This document shows, in pieces, positions 18,627-28,496 of a stretch of DNA of 53,758 nucleotides. The DNA is from Candidatus Bathyarchaeota archaeon (GTDB lineage: Archaea; Thermoproteota; Bathyarchaeia; Bathyarchaeales; DTEX01). Location: the NCBI GenBank assembly GCA_003601835.1, contig PIYB01000001.1:1-53758 (forward strand), read 5' to 3'. The notes beneath the pieces were generated by a model that worked only from the letters and a program-made list of their open reading frames with translations, had not been told where the DNA came from and made no database searches. The position numbers were made by a program, and so were the translations under genes. Position 1 is the stretch's first letter. Every line of letters starts with the position of its first letter.

Positions 18627-19788
18627 CCCTCACAACCTTAACCGCATCATCAATCTTCGACTCGTCAACGAAGAAGTTTATCGTGGACTTACTAGTCGTA
18701 GCCTCAACTATATTTATGCCTTTTTCTGCCAAGGCACCTGAAACCTTGGCTATCCAACCAGGGGAATCCACAAAAGCAGGGTTCGTCAGCTCAATCAACC
18801 CAATATGGCTTTTGAGACTCAAGATTTTGCAAACGCCGAGATTGTGCAGGTCGTTCATCAACGCCTTAGGCTTCTCCGACGAGGTGAACACGGTTAACGA
18901 AACTCTTCCCGTGCTGATCCCGTAGATAGGCCTGTTCCCGAAAGATGCGATGATCTTGCTCACGTTCTCGGGATTAATGTCACATACCACGCTGACTGCG
19001 GAAAGACCCTTCTTCTCCGCTATTTCAGAAGAATTCGGGTTGAAAACCCCAACGATTTCCGTTCCTTCCGACACGATGCCGTTTGAGAAACGGACAACCC
19101 TGAGCCTCTGATGGGCAAGCTTGTATCTAAGAGCCTCCGCCTTGATTATCTTCGCTCCGCCGTAAGACATGGCGAACATCTCATGAATATCCAGCTTCTT
19201 AAGCGGCTTGGCTTGGGGAACCATTCTGGGGTCAGCTGACATCACCCCTTCCGTTTCCTTCACGAGCACAACCTCGTCTGCTCCGAGACAGTTTGCAAGG
19301 ATCAACGCTGTTGTGTCGCTTCCCCCTCTTCCAAGCGTAGTTATGTTTCCATGTTTATCTCGTCCAAGAAAACCGCACACAACAACGATTTTCCTGCCGA
19401 GAAGTGGCTTCACGTGACGCCTAACACGTTCACAGGTCTCTGTCATGTCTGGCTTGGCATTTCTGAAGTTGGAATCCGTTATGATGGGCCAGCGTTCATC
19501 ATCCGGGTCGAGGTATACTGCGTCTGCGCCTTGAGCCTTCAGCGCGGAGCAGAAGATTCGGGCGCTGGTTCTTTCACCCATCGAAACTATGTCTGCGTAG
19601 TCTCTGTCGTTTACGTTGCCAACTTGTGACATGACCTCAATCAGACTGTTGGTGGTCCCGGCCATCGCTGACACAACGACAACGATCTCGCTGTACCCGG
19701 ATTCCACAACCATTTCAGCAGCTTTTCTGATCTTTTCTCCTGATTCGAGGTCAGCTCCGCCGAATTTGATAACAGTGCTCCTAGGCAT
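18610..19788 (-). CDS. lysC: Aspartate kinase with ACT domain
   Basis: VIKFGG, VVVVSAM, MGERTSA, TTLGRGGSDTTA, MSADPR. Confidence 0.92.
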   Translation of the reverse strand: MPRSTVIKFGGADLESGEKIRKAAEMVVESGYSEIVVVVSAMAGTTNSLIEVMSQVGNVNDRDYADIVSMGERTSARIFCSALKAQGADAVYLDPDDERWPIITDSNFRNAKPDMTETCERVRRHVKPLLGRKIVVVCGFLGRDKHGNITTLGRGGSDTTALILANCLGADEVVLVKETEGVMSADPRMVPQAKPLKKLDIHEMFAMSYGGAKIIKAEALRYKLAHQRLRVVRFSNGIVSEGTEIVGVFNPNSSEIAEKKGLSAVSVVCDINPENVSKIIASFGNRPIYGISTGRVSLTVFTSSEKPKALMNDLHNLGVCKILSLKSHIGLIELTNPAFVDSPGWIAKVSGALAEKGINIVEATTSKSTINFFVDESKIDDAVKVVRDALET

Positions 19789-19828
19789 CGTTTTTCCTCA
19801 CCCTGCTTCTGAAGAAAGGGGCTTGTTC

Positions 19829-20617
19829 TCAGCTTAGCACATCGTCCATGCCGTAGATTCCCGGTTCTGTTTTTCGGCATATCCACTCGGCTGCATATAA
19901 GGCTCCCTGTGCGAAGACGCTTCGAGAAAAGGCGGTGTGTTCAACACGTATCATTTCGTGAGGCCCAGCGATTATGAGGTCATGAACCCCGGGGACGCCT
20001 CCCGTCCTTGCTGATAGAATCTCCAGTTCACCGGGTTTTCTCGGGTTTATTCCTTCTCTTCCGTGAACAACCGTTGAGTATCCTCTTGCCTCTGAGACGA
20101 GCGCGCCGAGCTTCTTAGCTGTTCCGCTGGGAGCATCTTTTTTGCCCGTGTGGTGGACCTCAACTATGCTGAAGTCGTAGTCCGAAGGCAGCCGCGCCAA
20201 CGTTTGAACAAGCTGAAACACGATGTTAACCCCAATCGCATAGTTCGGTGAAAAAACGGCTGGAACCTTTTCAGCCACACCGCTTCTGAGCTTCCGCATC
20301 TGCTCTTCGCTAAGCCCAGTTGTTCCCATAACTATCCGCTTGCCCAGAGCAGCCACCCGGGGAAGGTTTGACACCTCTGCTTCAGGCGTCGCGAACGAGA
20401 TATAAACATCAGCATCTCTTACAGCCTCTTCCAAACGGGAAGAATCAACTATCTCAACATCTGAGGGACATATTCCCGCCTCGCTGAGGGTTTTTCCGAT
20501 ATCCGGATGTCCTTTCGCCTCGACCGCTCCGACAATCGTAAACCCGCGTGCAGCAGCCTCCCTCAGAAGGATGCGTCCCATTCTGCCAGCTGCGCCTGCT
20601 ACGCATATTTTAACCAT
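19829..20617 (-). CDS. dapB: 4-hydroxy-tetrahydrodipicolinate reductase
   Basis: GAAGRMG, GTTG, SPNYAIGVN, EVHHTGKKDAPSGTA, HTAFSRSVFAQGA; ATG at 20617. Confidence 0.95.
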   Translation of the reverse strand: MVKICVAGAAGRMGRILLREAAARGFTIVGAVEAKGHPDIGKTLSEAGICPSDVEIVDSSRLEEAVRDADVYISFATPEAEVSNLPRVAALGKRIVMGTTGLSEEQMRKLRSGVAEKVPAVFSPNYAIGVNIVFQLVQTLARLPSDYDFSIVEVHHTGKKDAPSGTAKKLGALVSEARGYSTVVHGREGINPRKPGELEILSARTGGVPGVHDLIIAGPHEMIRVEHTAFSRSVFAQGALYAAEWICRKTEPGIYGMDDVLS

Positions 20618-21647
20618 AAGAAAGTCCCCGCCAGCTATTTTCGTTGTAAAGCCTTTCACCTAAGTCAACGTCGAAAAAGGATTCTATGGGCTCAAGTATC
20701 TCAGGAGTCTTCTCATAGACGGTTCTCGCCACCTTCAACACTTTCTGCAAGCCTTTCTCCGTCATCTTCCCCAAAGGCCGTCTGCAAGGACCAGAAGGCA
20801 TGCCTAGAATGTTCATAAGAGTCTTGTAAGGTAACGGGTTCCTCGCCTTGCACAAGGCAGGACCGTACGGTGTGGCCTCCTCAGTTTTAACGGTGACCAT
20901 GCTGAACAACGGTTTCAGCGACTCGTAGAGTTTTTTGCATTCTTCACTTTTACCTTCAAGAGCTGCCTCCACAAATCTCTGAACGGCGCCGGGTGCAACG
21001 TTTGAGGCTACTGAGACCACTCCGCTTGCAGCAATTTCCGGGTCCGTCATCATCACGTACGTTTTGTCATCGTCACCTGAAAGGATGTCGAAGTCTTCTC
21101 CGCACAGCCTTCGCGTGAGCTTCATGTTATCTAGGCTTCCTGTTGCTTCCTTGACCGCTCTCACGTTTTCGAATTTTGAATGAAGAACAGCAAGGTCTTG
21201 CGGCAACAGCTGGGTTCCGCTTCTACCCGGGATGACGTATGGAATTATCTGAACTTCGGGGAACTGTTGAGCTATGGGCTCGACGTATTCCTTTCTAATC
21301 TCAAGGGAACTGGGACCATTATAATAGGGGTCCACAAGCAGGACACATTCTACGCCACGCTCTGAAACTTCTTGAGTGGCCTCAATTGATTCCTCCGTGT
21401 TGTTGCTTCCAGTTCCGCCGATTGTAAGCGCCTTTCCCCCTACGTAGTCATAGACCTTTTCTATTACCTCTATGTGTTCCCCCCAGCTGAGGGTTGGACT
21501 TTCACCCGTTGTCCCAACTGCAAGTATGCCGCTTACACCTTGTTCAATCTGAAACTCGACTAGGCTTTTCAGTCCTTCATAGTCGACTTCACGGTTTTCT
21601 TTCATAGGTGTTACCGTAGCCGTGTAACATCCACTGAATTTGCGCAT
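20610..21647 (-). CDS. dapA: 4-hydroxy-tetrahydrodipicolinate synthase (345 aa, extended C-terminus)
   Basis: TATVTP, GTTGESPTL, PYYN, PYVIPGRSG, AVKEATG, LSGDD. Confidence 0.93.
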   Translation of the reverse strand: MRKFSGCYTATVTPMKENREVDYEGLKSLVEFQIEQGVSGILAVGTTGESPTLSWGEHIEVIEKVYDYVGGKALTIGGTGSNNTEESIEATQEVSERGVECVLLVDPYYNGPSSLEIRKEYVEPIAQQFPEVQIIPYVIPGRSGTQLLPQDLAVLHSKFENVRAVKEATGSLDNMKLTRRLCGEDFDILSGDDDKTYVMMTDPEIAASGVVSVASNVAPGAVQRFVEAALEGKSEECKKLYESLKPLFSMVTVKTEEATPYGPALCKARNPLPYKTLMNILGMPSGPCRRPLGKMTEKGLQKVLKVARTVYEKTPEILEPIESFFDVDLGERLYNENSWRGLSYG

Positions 21648-21827
21648 TCAACGTCACCTTGTCAACGTGTGATGTTCAGAAGCCGGATATTTATGTTTTT
21701 CGTCCTTCATTTACGAAAATCGTAAAAAATTCATGGCCATACCGAATAAAGATCCATGACGATAAAAAAGAGGAAGAAAGATTCCAGAAGACGAAAGCTC
21801 AGCGGCAGCCTCGTGCATCAACAGTTT

Positions 21828-23063
21828 TTAACGAGGTCTGTTCATTCTGACAAAAACCATGTCTTGCACAGGGACCGATGCGCATTCCAGCTCCAAAACT
21901 GATATCGGGTTGTCCGGAGCCTCCTCAGGTAATCCGCTGAATTTCACTCGGAACTCATCTTGTTCGTAGTCCACTGGTTCCCCTTTGGGCAGAAGCTTTG
22001 CAGAGAGCACCTTTGTCCGCAACCCACCGATTGCCCATTCCTGACCCGGCCAGAAGTAAACGTGAACATACAGCGTGTTACCTTTGCGAGTGAAGTTAGC
22101 GAAGGCGGAACGTTTCACGTTGCATCGTTCAGCGCCGTAGATTGTGTGACCGTACTTGTCCATCCATCCGCCTATCGTGTTCAGAATGCGAACGGATTCT
22201 TCAGGTACTGAACCGTCCGGTTTAGGTCCTATGTTAAGAAGGTAGTTGCCTCCGTCCCGGGCGCAGGTGATGAGGTTTCGAAGGATACGTTTCGGCGTCT
22301 TCCACGCATCGTCAGCCTTATGGTATCCCCAGCTGTCGTTCATGGTCATGCAAGCTTCCCATGCACGTCCTTCAGGCTCACCTCTCACGTGTTGTTCCGG
22401 CGTGCTGAAATCTTCAGGAAGCCCTGTTCTGTTGTTTATGATGATGTCCGGCTGCAGCTCCCGAACCATTCGATTCATCTCTGCAGCTTCCCATTGTTCA
22501 GGGGTAAGCGGCCAGTTCACATCGTACCAAAGTATGTCTATTTTACCGTAGTTCGTCATCAGTTCCCTGACTTGACCGTGAATGTACTTGACGAACCGTT
22601 TCCGGGCGGCTTCATCCTTTGCACATTTTGCCCCGTCAGGATGATGCCAGTCCATCAGAGAATAGTAGAAGCCTATTCGGAGGCCTTGTTCTCTGGCGGC
22701 GTTAACATATTCTGCTACCAAGTCTCGTCCACAGGCTTGTTTCGAAGCGCAGTAGTCTGTTAGCTTCGTGTCGAACAGGCAGAATCCTTCGTGGTGTTTA
22801 GTCGTCATCACCATATATTTCATGCCGGCGCGTTTTGCCAGTTTAGCCCAGTCCCTAGCAGCGTTCGGTTTAGGGTTGAATTTTTTTGCGAGTTTTTCGT
22901 ATTCGGCAACGGGGATGCCTTCGTTCTCCATCGCCCATTCGTGTCGCCCAATAAGACTGTAGAGTCCCCAGTGAATGAACATCCCGAATTTGGCTTGATG
23001 CCACCATTTCATCCTTCGGATTCTGTCTTTCTCCTCGGGAGTGAGAACCTTGTTTTCAGCCAA
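21828..23063 (-). CDS. Alpha-L-fucosidase (GH29)
   Basis: KFGMFIHWGLYS, TTKHHEGF, YYSLMDWHHP, ILWYD, INNR, TPEQ, WEACMT, LLNIGPKPDG; no signal peptide. Confidence 0.94.
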   Translation of the reverse strand: MAENKVLTPEEKDRIRRMKWWHQAKFGMFIHWGLYSLIGRHEWAMENEGIPVAEYEKLAKKFNPKPNAARDWAKLAKRAGMKYMVMTTKHHEGFCLFDTKLTDYCASKQACGRDLVAEYVNAAREQGLRIGFYYSLMDWHHPDGAKCAKDEAARKRFVKYIHGQVRELMTNYGKIDILWYDVNWPLTPEQWEAAEMNRMVRELQPDIIINNRTGLPEDFSTPEQHVRGEPEGRAWEACMTMNDSWGYHKADDAWKTPKRILRNLITCARDGGNYLLNIGPKPDGSVPEESVRILNTIGGWMDKYGHTIYGAERCNVKRSAFANFTRKGNTLYVHVYFWPGQEWAIGGLRTKVLSAKLLPKGEPVDYEQDEFRVKFSGLPEEAPDNPISVLELECASVPVQDMVFVRMNRPR

Positions 23064-23265
23064 ACTGTTCAGTCTCTTTTCTAGATGTTTATACCGGTTT
23101 AGCTAATGCTTGAAGATGGATATAATTATATTCAGGCATCCCTGTGCAGAACGCTTAAACAAGATTCATTTTTAGCTGAGGAACAAAACATGTTTCTGAT
23201 ACTGGTGGAAAAATGCGACAAAAAGTTCGAACCGCCCGTTCGCTAGGCTTTAATAACCAATCACT

Positions 23266-23403
23266 GTGTCTATTGAACAAGCAAAGGAGAAGCTGGGGCT
23301 AGGTATGGCTAAGGCTATCAAGGAAATCGGGGTCAACGCGGAAATGCTGGCGGGTCTCCTTAAGAAGCTCTACAAGGAAAAGAAGAAACTAACTAGTTAC
23401 TAA
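23266..23403 (+). other. Possible 45-aa small ORF or gene remnant
   Basis: GTG..TAA: MSIEQAKEKLGLGMAKAIKEIGVNAEMLAGLLKKLYKEKKKLTSY; helical, protein-like composition. Confidence 0.3.
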
Positions 23404-23627
23404 AGTGAACCGTTTTCTCCGTTTTTCGTGAACCGCCGTTTAATTAGCTACGTTTCCCCCGCCTGTTTAAGCTGACCGAGAAAACCGGTTTCGCCCGTTC
23501 TTTAGATTTCATTCAACACGGATTAACAAATGGCTCACTGGTCTTCATTGTGCGGACGGCGTTCTCGATTTTAGTTTGAATCATTTCACGTGGCAATGCA
23601 ACACCGTAGGAAACCTCTTTTTATTGA

Positions 23628-23960
23628 ATGCGCTATAGACAATCCTGTAAAGGGTGTCAAGTAATGCCTAAGAGTGGAATGGAGGTTAGTGAAAAAGGGT
23701 TCGTAAATTTTGCGGTGTCAAGCGCTTCATTTCCGTATTTTCTAACAGACCAGCAAGCGAAGCTTATGTATAAATCGTTTAAAAAGAAAGGATGGACTCT
23801 TGTTGACGCGGAGAAGTTCAGGAAAATCCGGGAGATGGTCAACAAGATTCCGAAGCCGTACTATTCCATTTTGTTCTCTCTTGAACCTTGGCGGGATGTT
23901 GTTGTTAAACACGTCAAAGAGCTCAAAAAACTCTTGAATAGTGATGAACAACAAACGTGA
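23628..23960 (+). CDS. Hypothetical protein (start possibly at a later ATG)
   Basis: Protein-like ORF in an otherwise empty interval; no recognised motif. Confidence 0.5.
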   Translation: MRYRQSCKGCQVMPKSGMEVSEKGFVNFAVSSASFPYFLTDQQAKLMYKSFKKKGWTLVDAEKFRKIREMVNKIPKPYYSILFSLEPWRDVVVKHVKELKKLLNSDEQQT

Positions 23961-24058
23961 TGTTGTCGTTTAAGTTGAAGAATCTGGCAGAACGATGGCT
24001 GCGCAGCTGCGATTTTCGCAAAAAAGCTTTTATTTTTCGTAGAGCTTAGTCTGCAACC

Positions 24059-24451
24059 ATGGATGAAATTGACCTAAAGATTCTCAAGATTCTTAAACAA
24101 AACTCGCGGGCAAAATACGTAAGGATCGCTGAGTCCGTGGGCTTAACTGAAGGAGCGGTAAGAAGAAGAATAAGGGCGCTTACTGCAACCGGCATAATCA
24201 AGCGTTTCACCGTTGAAACTGCCGCCGAGTTTGAAGGCATAGTTCTTGTGGAAACCATGCCGACGACAACCAAGAACATAACATCAACAATTGAGAAGAT
24301 AGCGACACGGGTCTTCGAGGTTTCAGGAGACTATGATGTCGCCGCTTTGATTCAAGCTTTTACGATGGACGAGCTGAACAGGAAGATAGATGAGATCCGG
24401 AAGCTCCCAGGAGTCCAAAACACAAATACTCTGATAAAACTCACAGACTAA
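24059..24451 (+). CDS. Lrp/AsnC-family regulator, LysM-like
   Basis: MDEIDLKILKIL..NSR...IAESVGLTEGAVRRRI..L...GIIKRFTVE; FEVSGDYD; NRKIDEIRK. Confidence 0.9.
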   Translation: MDEIDLKILKILKQNSRAKYVRIAESVGLTEGAVRRRIRALTATGIIKRFTVETAAEFEGIVLVETMPTTTKNITSTIEKIATRVFEVSGDYDVAALIQAFTMDELNRKIDEIRKLPGVQNTNTLIKLTD

Positions 24452-24479
24452 ACGCGAACGCAGCCAGTCACAAATCTTT

Positions 24480-25346
24480 TTATCTTTGAAGGGCTTTCAA
24501 CGCCCGGTACATTTTTTCGTAGGCGCTTGCGAAGGCGCTGTCTTTCAGCAGCAAGCTTCGTGTGTCAGCGTACATCTGGGCGAAACGTTTCGCGTCCTTT
24601 TTTGAGATGTGCTGCATTAACGTCTTAGCTCTGGAGAGAAATTTTTCTAGGTACTGTGTTGTGTATTCGTTGCTCATCTGTATCGAAGCGTACAGCTCAG
24701 GGTTTTCCGTCATAACTCCTTCGCAGAGAATCAGCTGCAAAGCGAAGGTTGTACCGCCAAGCTTTTTGAGGGTTTCAAGGTTTTCTTCACCTATCACCGA
24801 GCCGAAGGCAATGTTCAAGAAGTGAGGCAGTGAAAGCGTTAACGCCATAGCCCGGTCATGTTCCTCCGCTTCGACAACAATCAGATCAGCACCCGGGAAA
24901 AAAGTCTCAGCCAACTGAAGCTCAGATGATGGATCAGAAATCGGGATCAAAGCTACCTTCTCGTTTACTGTTCCTTCTGCACCTGGACCGAAAAGCGGAT
25001 GAACAGAAACTGTTTTCACTCCTCGCTGCGCAATTTTTTCCAAGACTGGAACCACACGTGACTTAAGCGAAGATATTTCCATTATCACGGCTGAACGGTT
25101 GATGTGGGACGCTATTTCCATTAGAACCTTCGGTGTAACCTCGATGGGTGTTGACACCACAATTAGCTCTGCCCCTTGCACGGCGTCAACATTGCTTTTG
25201 GCAGGATTGACTCCCATAACCCTTGCCGCAGCTTCTGCTTCATCAAGGTTAATGTCTGATATTGTTACTTCGTGTCCTTGATTTAGGAAATGGGTTGCAA
25301 GCCATCTTCCCATCCTTCCCGCCCCGCCTATTATGGACACTTTCAA
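24480..25346 (-). CDS. tyrA: Prephenate/arogenate dehydrogenase
   Basis: IIGGAGRMG, EISSLK, SVHPLFGP, EEHDRAMA..LSLPH. Confidence 0.9.
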   Translation of the reverse strand: MKVSIIGGAGRMGRWLATHFLNQGHEVTISDINLDEAEAAARVMGVNPAKSNVDAVQGAELIVVSTPIEVTPKVLMEIASHINRSAVIMEISSLKSRVVPVLEKIAQRGVKTVSVHPLFGPGAEGTVNEKVALIPISDPSSELQLAETFFPGADLIVVEAEEHDRAMALTLSLPHFLNIAFGSVIGEENLETLKKLGGTTFALQLILCEGVMTENPELYASIQMSNEYTTQYLEKFLSRAKTLMQHISKKDAKRFAQMYADTRSLLLKDSAFASAYEKMYRALKALQR

Positions 25347-25375
25347 CGATGAATCCCCCTAACACTTGTGTAGCT

Positions 25376-25699
25376 TCAAGTTTTTTGCTTAAGCATCTCG
25401 TGCTGAACTCGTTTGGATTCTTCAAGGAGAACTTGGAGAAGCTTAGAACCAAAATCTTTGTCAATTGCTTCCTTCTCGCACAGTTCAAGAATCTTACTTT
25501 CGAGCTTTTCTTCGACTTTCACGTTTGTTACAGGAAGATTTTCTTCAGCCTTAATTTTAGCAATCTGTTTCGCCAGTCGAAGCCTTTCTCCGCACAACCT
25601 AAAGATTTCCATGGTCACTTCCTCAATTTTCCTTCGCAGCTCTTCCAAACTGGGCTCGTTGTTCAAAAGCTGATCCTCCAGCAAACCGTAGAAACGCAC
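25376..25699 (-). CDS. Chorismate mutase type II (AroQ); start possibly TTG at 25666
   Basis: LEELRRKI...RLRLAKQIAKIK...LPV....E...ESKRVQ; adjacent to tyrA. Confidence 0.85.
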   Translation of the reverse strand: MRFYGLLEDQLLNNEPSLEELRRKIEEVTMEIFRLCGERLRLAKQIAKIKAEENLPVTNVKVEEKLESKILELCEKEAIDKDFGSKLLQVLLEESKRVQHEMLKQKT

Positions 25700-25762
25700 C
25701 GAAGTAGTATGCTGTTGTTATCTTATAAAAGTGAGATTTTGTTTTCCAAAAAACGTGCAGCC

Positions 25763-26431
25763 TTACGCGTCAGGTTCGATGAAACGTGGAAGTTCTCTTA
25801 TGTCGCGAATGGCTTTGAACCCCGACTCTTGAAGACGCCCAGCATACTGTTCGCGTCTCGCGCCGACAAGGATAAACCGTATTCCAGCTTTTCTGGCGCA
25901 ATCCACATCTAACCAGTGATCTCCAACAAACAAAGCCTCATCAGCTGAAACATTCAAAAGCCTCAAAATGTGGGACGCGTGTTCCGGGTTAGGTTTAGGG
26001 TTTTCAACGTCGTCTCTGGCGGAAACAGCATCGAAAAGCCTGGTGAGCTCAAACTTGGCAAGTATCCTCTCAGCGTATTCGCGGCAGCTTCTGGTCATAA
26101 GCCCCAGCTTCAGATTTCTTGCCTTCAAAAAACGTAGGGTTTCCGGCACACCTTCAACCAATGTGGCGCCTTCAAGGGATTGAAGCTCCACTTCGTTCAT
26201 TATCTCATTAATCTTTGTCAAGACATTTTTGATATACTCTTTAGTGAAGCCTTTTTGCTGAAGGTCTTTTACGGCTCTGGTGGTTATCTCGTAATTCAAC
26301 ATCTCTCGGCTGAGCAGACCCCGTGTGACCCCGGCATCTTGAAGGTAATCAATGATTCTACGTTTCATCTCCTCGAAGTAGATGGTTGAATTGATCAGTG
26401 TCCCATCAAGGTCGAAGATGACTGCCTTCAA
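25763..26431 (-). CDS. HAD-superfamily hydrolase (phosphoglycolate-phosphatase-like)
   Basis: VIFDLDGTL, MTRS, KPNP, FVGDHWLD. Confidence 0.9.
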   Translation of the reverse strand: MKAVIFDLDGTLINSTIYFEEMKRRIIDYLQDAGVTRGLLSREMLNYEITTRAVKDLQQKGFTKEYIKNVLTKINEIMNEVELQSLEGATLVEGVPETLRFLKARNLKLGLMTRSCREYAERILAKFELTRLFDAVSARDDVENPKPNPEHASHILRLLNVSADEALFVGDHWLDVDCARKAGIRFILVGARREQYAGRLQESGFKAIRDIRELPRFIEPDA

Positions 26432-26517
26432 CGAAACTCAACCAATGGAGATTATTCGCTTTTGCCTGTAGCCTTCACCTGCGATTCGGGTGCGGTGCCG
26501 GTTTCAGCTAAGCATGG

Positions 26518-27558
26518 TCACGGGTTATCCTTGGGTTTTTTGAGACACTGTTCTACGACCCACATTACTCTCCGGACGCTTTCAGGGGTAATCTTGAGAG
26601 GGGCACCGTGCCTTAATGTTTCGTACAGATCCTTGTAGAATCTTAACGCTGATTTTACGTATTCCTCTTTTTTCTCCCAGGTTTCTTCTTTCCAAGGAAT
26701 CTGTTCAGCGTTGTAGCTTCGGTCCGGCGTAGGCTCCGTTTGCACCTGCCGTGGAGGAAGATCATCTGGGTTGAAATACTTCCATCTGAGGAAAGATGTG
26801 TTGCCAGTTAATCCGCCTTGGGTTCCCATCACTAACCATCGGTTCTGCGGATAAGCGCATCCCCGAGTGACCTCTATATCCAGCAAAGGTGATTCAGGCG
26901 CCTTCAAAATTATCTTCACATGGTCCTCCGCATCACCTAACGTTAGAGTCCTCTGTAGGTCGCAGAAGATTTCAGGTTCGTTAGGACCAAGCAGCTGAAG
27001 CGCCTGGTCTATTGTGTGAACAGCGTTGTTTCTAAGCTCGCCGCCTCCGAACTTTTTCAGAGTCTGCCAATCCCAACGTCTACCGAACGAGTGGGTGCAG
27101 ATTCGTATGAGAAGCACGCGTCCAAGTTTTCCAGATTGGATGACTTCTTGAACTTTCATGAAATCAGCGTCGTATCTTCGGTTTTGGAACACGGTTAACA
27201 ACTTTTTTGTTTTCTTGGAAGCTTTGATCATGGCGTCTGCTTCAGCCAAATTTGTTGCCATGGGTTTTTCGCAGATCACGTTTTTCCCCGCTTTTAACGC
27301 CTTGATGGTTTGAGGGGCATGCAGATAACTCGGGGTGGCTACCACCAAAAGTTCAATGTCGTCGTCTTGAACAAGCGACTCGAAGTCAACGTAGGTTTTG
27401 CAGCCGAATCTTTGGGCAGCTTCCTGTCGGCGTTCTTCAATCGGGTCGAGGACTGCTGTCACTCTGTAGAGATCTGGAAGATGCCCTAACGCGTTAGCGT
27501 GAATTCTCCATCCGCTTCTGCCTAGTCCTGCGATGGCGACTTTTACTTTTTCGTTCAT
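26518..27558 (-). CDS. Gfo/Idh/MocA-family oxidoreductase
   Basis: GLGRSG, VATPSYLH, CEKPMA, FQNRRYD, GGG.....HTIDQ. Confidence 0.92.
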   Translation of the reverse strand: MNEKVKVAIAGLGRSGWRIHANALGHLPDLYRVTAVLDPIEERRQEAAQRFGCKTYVDFESLVQDDDIELLVVATPSYLHAPQTIKALKAGKNVICEKPMATNLAEADAMIKASKKTKKLLTVFQNRRYDADFMKVQEVIQSGKLGRVLLIRICTHSFGRRWDWQTLKKFGGGELRNNAVHTIDQALQLLGPNEPEIFCDLQRTLTLGDAEDHVKIILKAPESPLLDIEVTRGCAYPQNRWLVMGTQGGLTGNTSFLRWKYFNPDDLPPRQVQTEPTPDRSYNAEQIPWKEETWEKKEEYVKSALRFYKDLYETLRHGAPLKITPESVRRVMWVVEQCLKKPKDNP

Positions 27559-27595
27559 TTTTCATCTCCCTCTTCTTCAAGCCATTTTTCTTTGT

Positions 27596-28357
27596 TCAGC
27601 GGTAGACATCGAAAAGGTATCTAGCGAACTTTGGTACACCTGTTTTAGCATCCTCTTTCTCTTCATATTCGATGGAAAGGAACCCGTTGTAGCCTCCTGC
27701 TTCAAGAATCTTTTTTATTCTTTGATAATCGAGTTTTCCCCCTCCAGCCACGCTTACCTTTGCGTGAGCGTGAACCGCATACGGCACGGTCTGAGCGATC
27801 ATTTCATAGGTGGATTCTCTATAGTTACCGAGATCAAGGTTTATCCCAAGCCACGGCGAATCAACTTCCTTAATTATCTTAACAACGTTCTCCGCTGTCG
27901 CGGTGATCCCGCCATGGTTTTCCAAGGCGACCACAACACCCCTGTTTTCAGCGTAACCCATGCAGGATTTAAGCGAGTCTATAGCCCACTTGGTTGTCTC
28001 CGCTAAGGTGTAGCCTTCTGGCACGTATCCACCGAACACCCTAAGGCATGGTGCTCCCAGCTCATAAGCCATGTCCAACCCTTCCTCCACATTCTTCACC
28101 GTCTCATCCCTGACCGAGGGATCAGGATCGCAGAAGTTAGTTGAGATTCCGGCGCCGGAGATCGGTAGCCCGTGAACAAGTGCAACCCGTTTGAGACTCC
28201 GCAGATATGTAGGCTCGTTTGAAGGAAGCCAGTAGAGCGTTAACTCGACGCCGTCAAGCCTAAGACGGTGAGCTTCTTTGATGAAATCCTCGTAACTCAT
28301 TTTTCCCTCCTTAAGGTATTCACGGTATGAGTAAGCCGCACAACCAATCTTAATCAT
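27596..28357 (-). CDS. Sugar phosphate isomerase/epimerase (TIM barrel)
   Basis: AYSYR, DGVELT, RVFGG, ALENHGG, NLDLGN, HAHAK, SIEYE. Confidence 0.9.
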   Translation of the reverse strand: MIKIGCAAYSYREYLKEGKMSYEDFIKEAHRLRLDGVELTLYWLPSNEPTYLRSLKRVALVHGLPISGAGISTNFCDPDPSVRDETVKNVEEGLDMAYELGAPCLRVFGGYVPEGYTLAETTKWAIDSLKSCMGYAENRGVVVALENHGGITATAENVVKIIKEVDSPWLGINLDLGNYRESTYEMIAQTVPYAVHAHAKVSVAGGGKLDYQRIKKILEAGGYNGFLSIEYEEKEDAKTGVPKFARYLFDVYR

Positions 28358-28496
28358 GCGTCTTCGCCTTGCTCATACATGTGGATAACATATTTTATAA
28401 CAAAAACGGTTAAGACCTGAAAATGTTCTGAGCTCCCGGCATTCACTGCGCACAGTAAACGTGAAATCACATTTGGGAAGCAAAGGATGGTTTTGG

